This document shows, piece after piece, positions 23,267 through 24,000 of a stretch of 24,000 bases of DNA (position 1 is its first letter; each line of letters opens with the position of its first letter). A program made the translations under genes and the position numbers. This stretch comes from Methanobacteriota archaeon (GTDB lineage Archaea > Halobacteriota > Bog-38 > Methanoflorentales > Methanoflorentaceae), in contig CAWDSY010000015.1 in the NCBI GenBank assembly GCA_963805115.1, forward strand, positions 10,880 through 34,879, read 5' to 3'. The notes beneath the pieces were generated by a model. That model ran no database searches, was not told the origin of the DNA, and was given only the letters and a program-made list of their open reading frames with translations.

Positions 23267-24000
23267 GTGAAAAGCGAATACGATATTATAGTAGTGGGCG
23301 CGGGACCTGCAGGAGCTTTCGCTGCAGCGACAGCCGCACCCGAATGTGACGTTCTTTTAATTGAAAAGCGCCAAGAAATCGGCGATCCCGTTCGTTGTGC
23401 TGAAGGCATATCAAAAGTGGGGCTCTCGAAGTTTCTACGACCCCAGAAAAGGTGGATTGCGAACAAAGTAGCCAGCGCCCGCATATTTGCGCCAGATGGA
23501 ACGAGATTGGACGTCTCAGAAGAACTTGCGGGTCCTGAGGTAGGCTATGTGCTCGAGCGTAAGATTTTTGATCGAGACCTTGCGAAGCGCGCAGCTCGCG
23601 CAGGAGCAGATGTGGCAGTCAGGACGCGCGCGACGGAGGTCATCACAGAACGTGGGTTCGTACGTGGCATCGAGGCTCGGCATTTAGGCGAATCCCTTGA
23701 AATCCGTGCATCTATTGTCATCGCGGCCGATGGCATCGAGTCACAAGTCGGCCGCTGGGCCGGCATTAACACTACTCTTCGACCCAAAGACCTCGAAAGC
23801 TGCGCCCAGTACCTTATGGCCAACGTCGATTTGCTGGACGACTGCTGCGATTTTTATCTCGGTTCAGCAGCTCCCGGGGGCTACGCTTGGGCATTCCCGA
23901 AGGGACCACAAGCAGCAAATATCGGGCTTGGTGTCCAAGCGAGTAAACTGGACGGCAAGCATCCAATCGACTATCTAGACGCGTTTGTGGACAAGCATTA
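23267..24000 (+). CDS. Geranylgeranyl reductase family flavoprotein (digeranylgeranylglycerophospholipid reductase type). The 3' end runs off the right edge.
   Basis: Not in the track because there is no stop in the window. My translation from the GTG at 23267, which lies 7 nt after GGGAGG, is (M)KSEYDIIVVGAGPAGAFAAATAA..VLLIEKRQEIGDPVRCAEGIS..RKIFDRDLA..IVIAADGIESQVGRW..GGYAWAFPKG. It has the FAD Rossmann GxGxxG motif and the GGR-family motifs. Confidence 0.85.
   Translation, partial: MKSEYDIIVVGAGPAGAFAAATAAPECDVLLIEKRQEIGDPVRCAEGISKVGLSKFLRPQKRWIANKVASARIFAPDGTRLDVSEELAGPEVGYVLERKIFDRDLAKRAARAGADVAVRTRATEVITERGFVRGIEARHLGESLEIRASIVIAADGIESQVGRWAGINTTLRPKDLESCAQYLMANVDLLDDCCDFYLGSAAPGGYAWAFPKGPQAANIGLGVQASKLDGKHPIDYLDAFVDKH

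Noticed and set aside
23167-23978. Three ORFs (92-105 aa, both strands) in the last 850 nt.
   Set aside because: All overlap a continuous plus-strand frame from 23267 to the window edge that encodes an unmistakable FAD-dependent geranylgeranyl reductase.
1-24000. Mobile elements, CRISPR arrays, toxin-antitoxin or defence islands.
   Set aside because: I found no direct-repeat arrays, terminal inverted repeats, or transposase, integrase or nuclease-like ORFs. I saw no obvious compositional break; AT-rich stretches coincide with intergenic promoter regions. Gene content is housekeeping and cofactor biosynthesis throughout.

Overview
The window reads as a core chromosomal region of a euryarchaeon. 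It is probably a methanogen or a close relative that uses methanopterin, because it encodes an 8-Cys 'methanogenesis marker 9'-type domain, a DmrX-like reductase and an MptH-like synthase. I support 27 protein-coding genes in three blocks.

(1) 1-4405: a GT2 glycosyltransferase, an MtaB-like radical-SAM enzyme, a possible 52-aa membrane peptide and archaeal-type ThrRS.

(2) 4481-16911: a cofactor-rich block.
- A tetrahydromethanopterin (H4MPT)-linked minus-strand operon encodes CofD, a NifR3-like TIM barrel fused to the marker-9 domain, a CitG-like protein, a DUF447-like protein and DmrX. MptH lies nearby, divergent from a PHP phosphoesterase.
- A tightly coupled operon encodes a small protein, UbiX and UbiD.
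- The remaining genes are Trm1, a DUF106/YidC-like insertase, RlmE and a QueD/PTPS-family protein.

(3) 17035-24000: the archaeal replication/translation supercluster PCNA-PriL-PriS-GINS-L44e-S27e-aIF2alpha-Nop10-PAC2, followed by a ferredoxin and a geranylgeranyl reductase.

Five genes are missing from the supplied ORF track. Two have no stop inside the window (GT2, GGR). Three are under 60 aa (S27e, Nop10, the small membrane ORF).

Many genes use GTG or TTG starts, and several stop/start junctions overlap by 1-4 nt.

I saw no rRNA, tRNA, CRISPR array, transposase, integrase or recognisable defence system.

The most interesting material is the H4MPT-linked operon, where several enzymes have no assigned reaction to my knowledge. 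Next are an unexplained ~320-nt non-coding gap upstream of the UbiX/UbiD operon and the small UbiX-coupled protein. None of these is proven novel from sequence alone.
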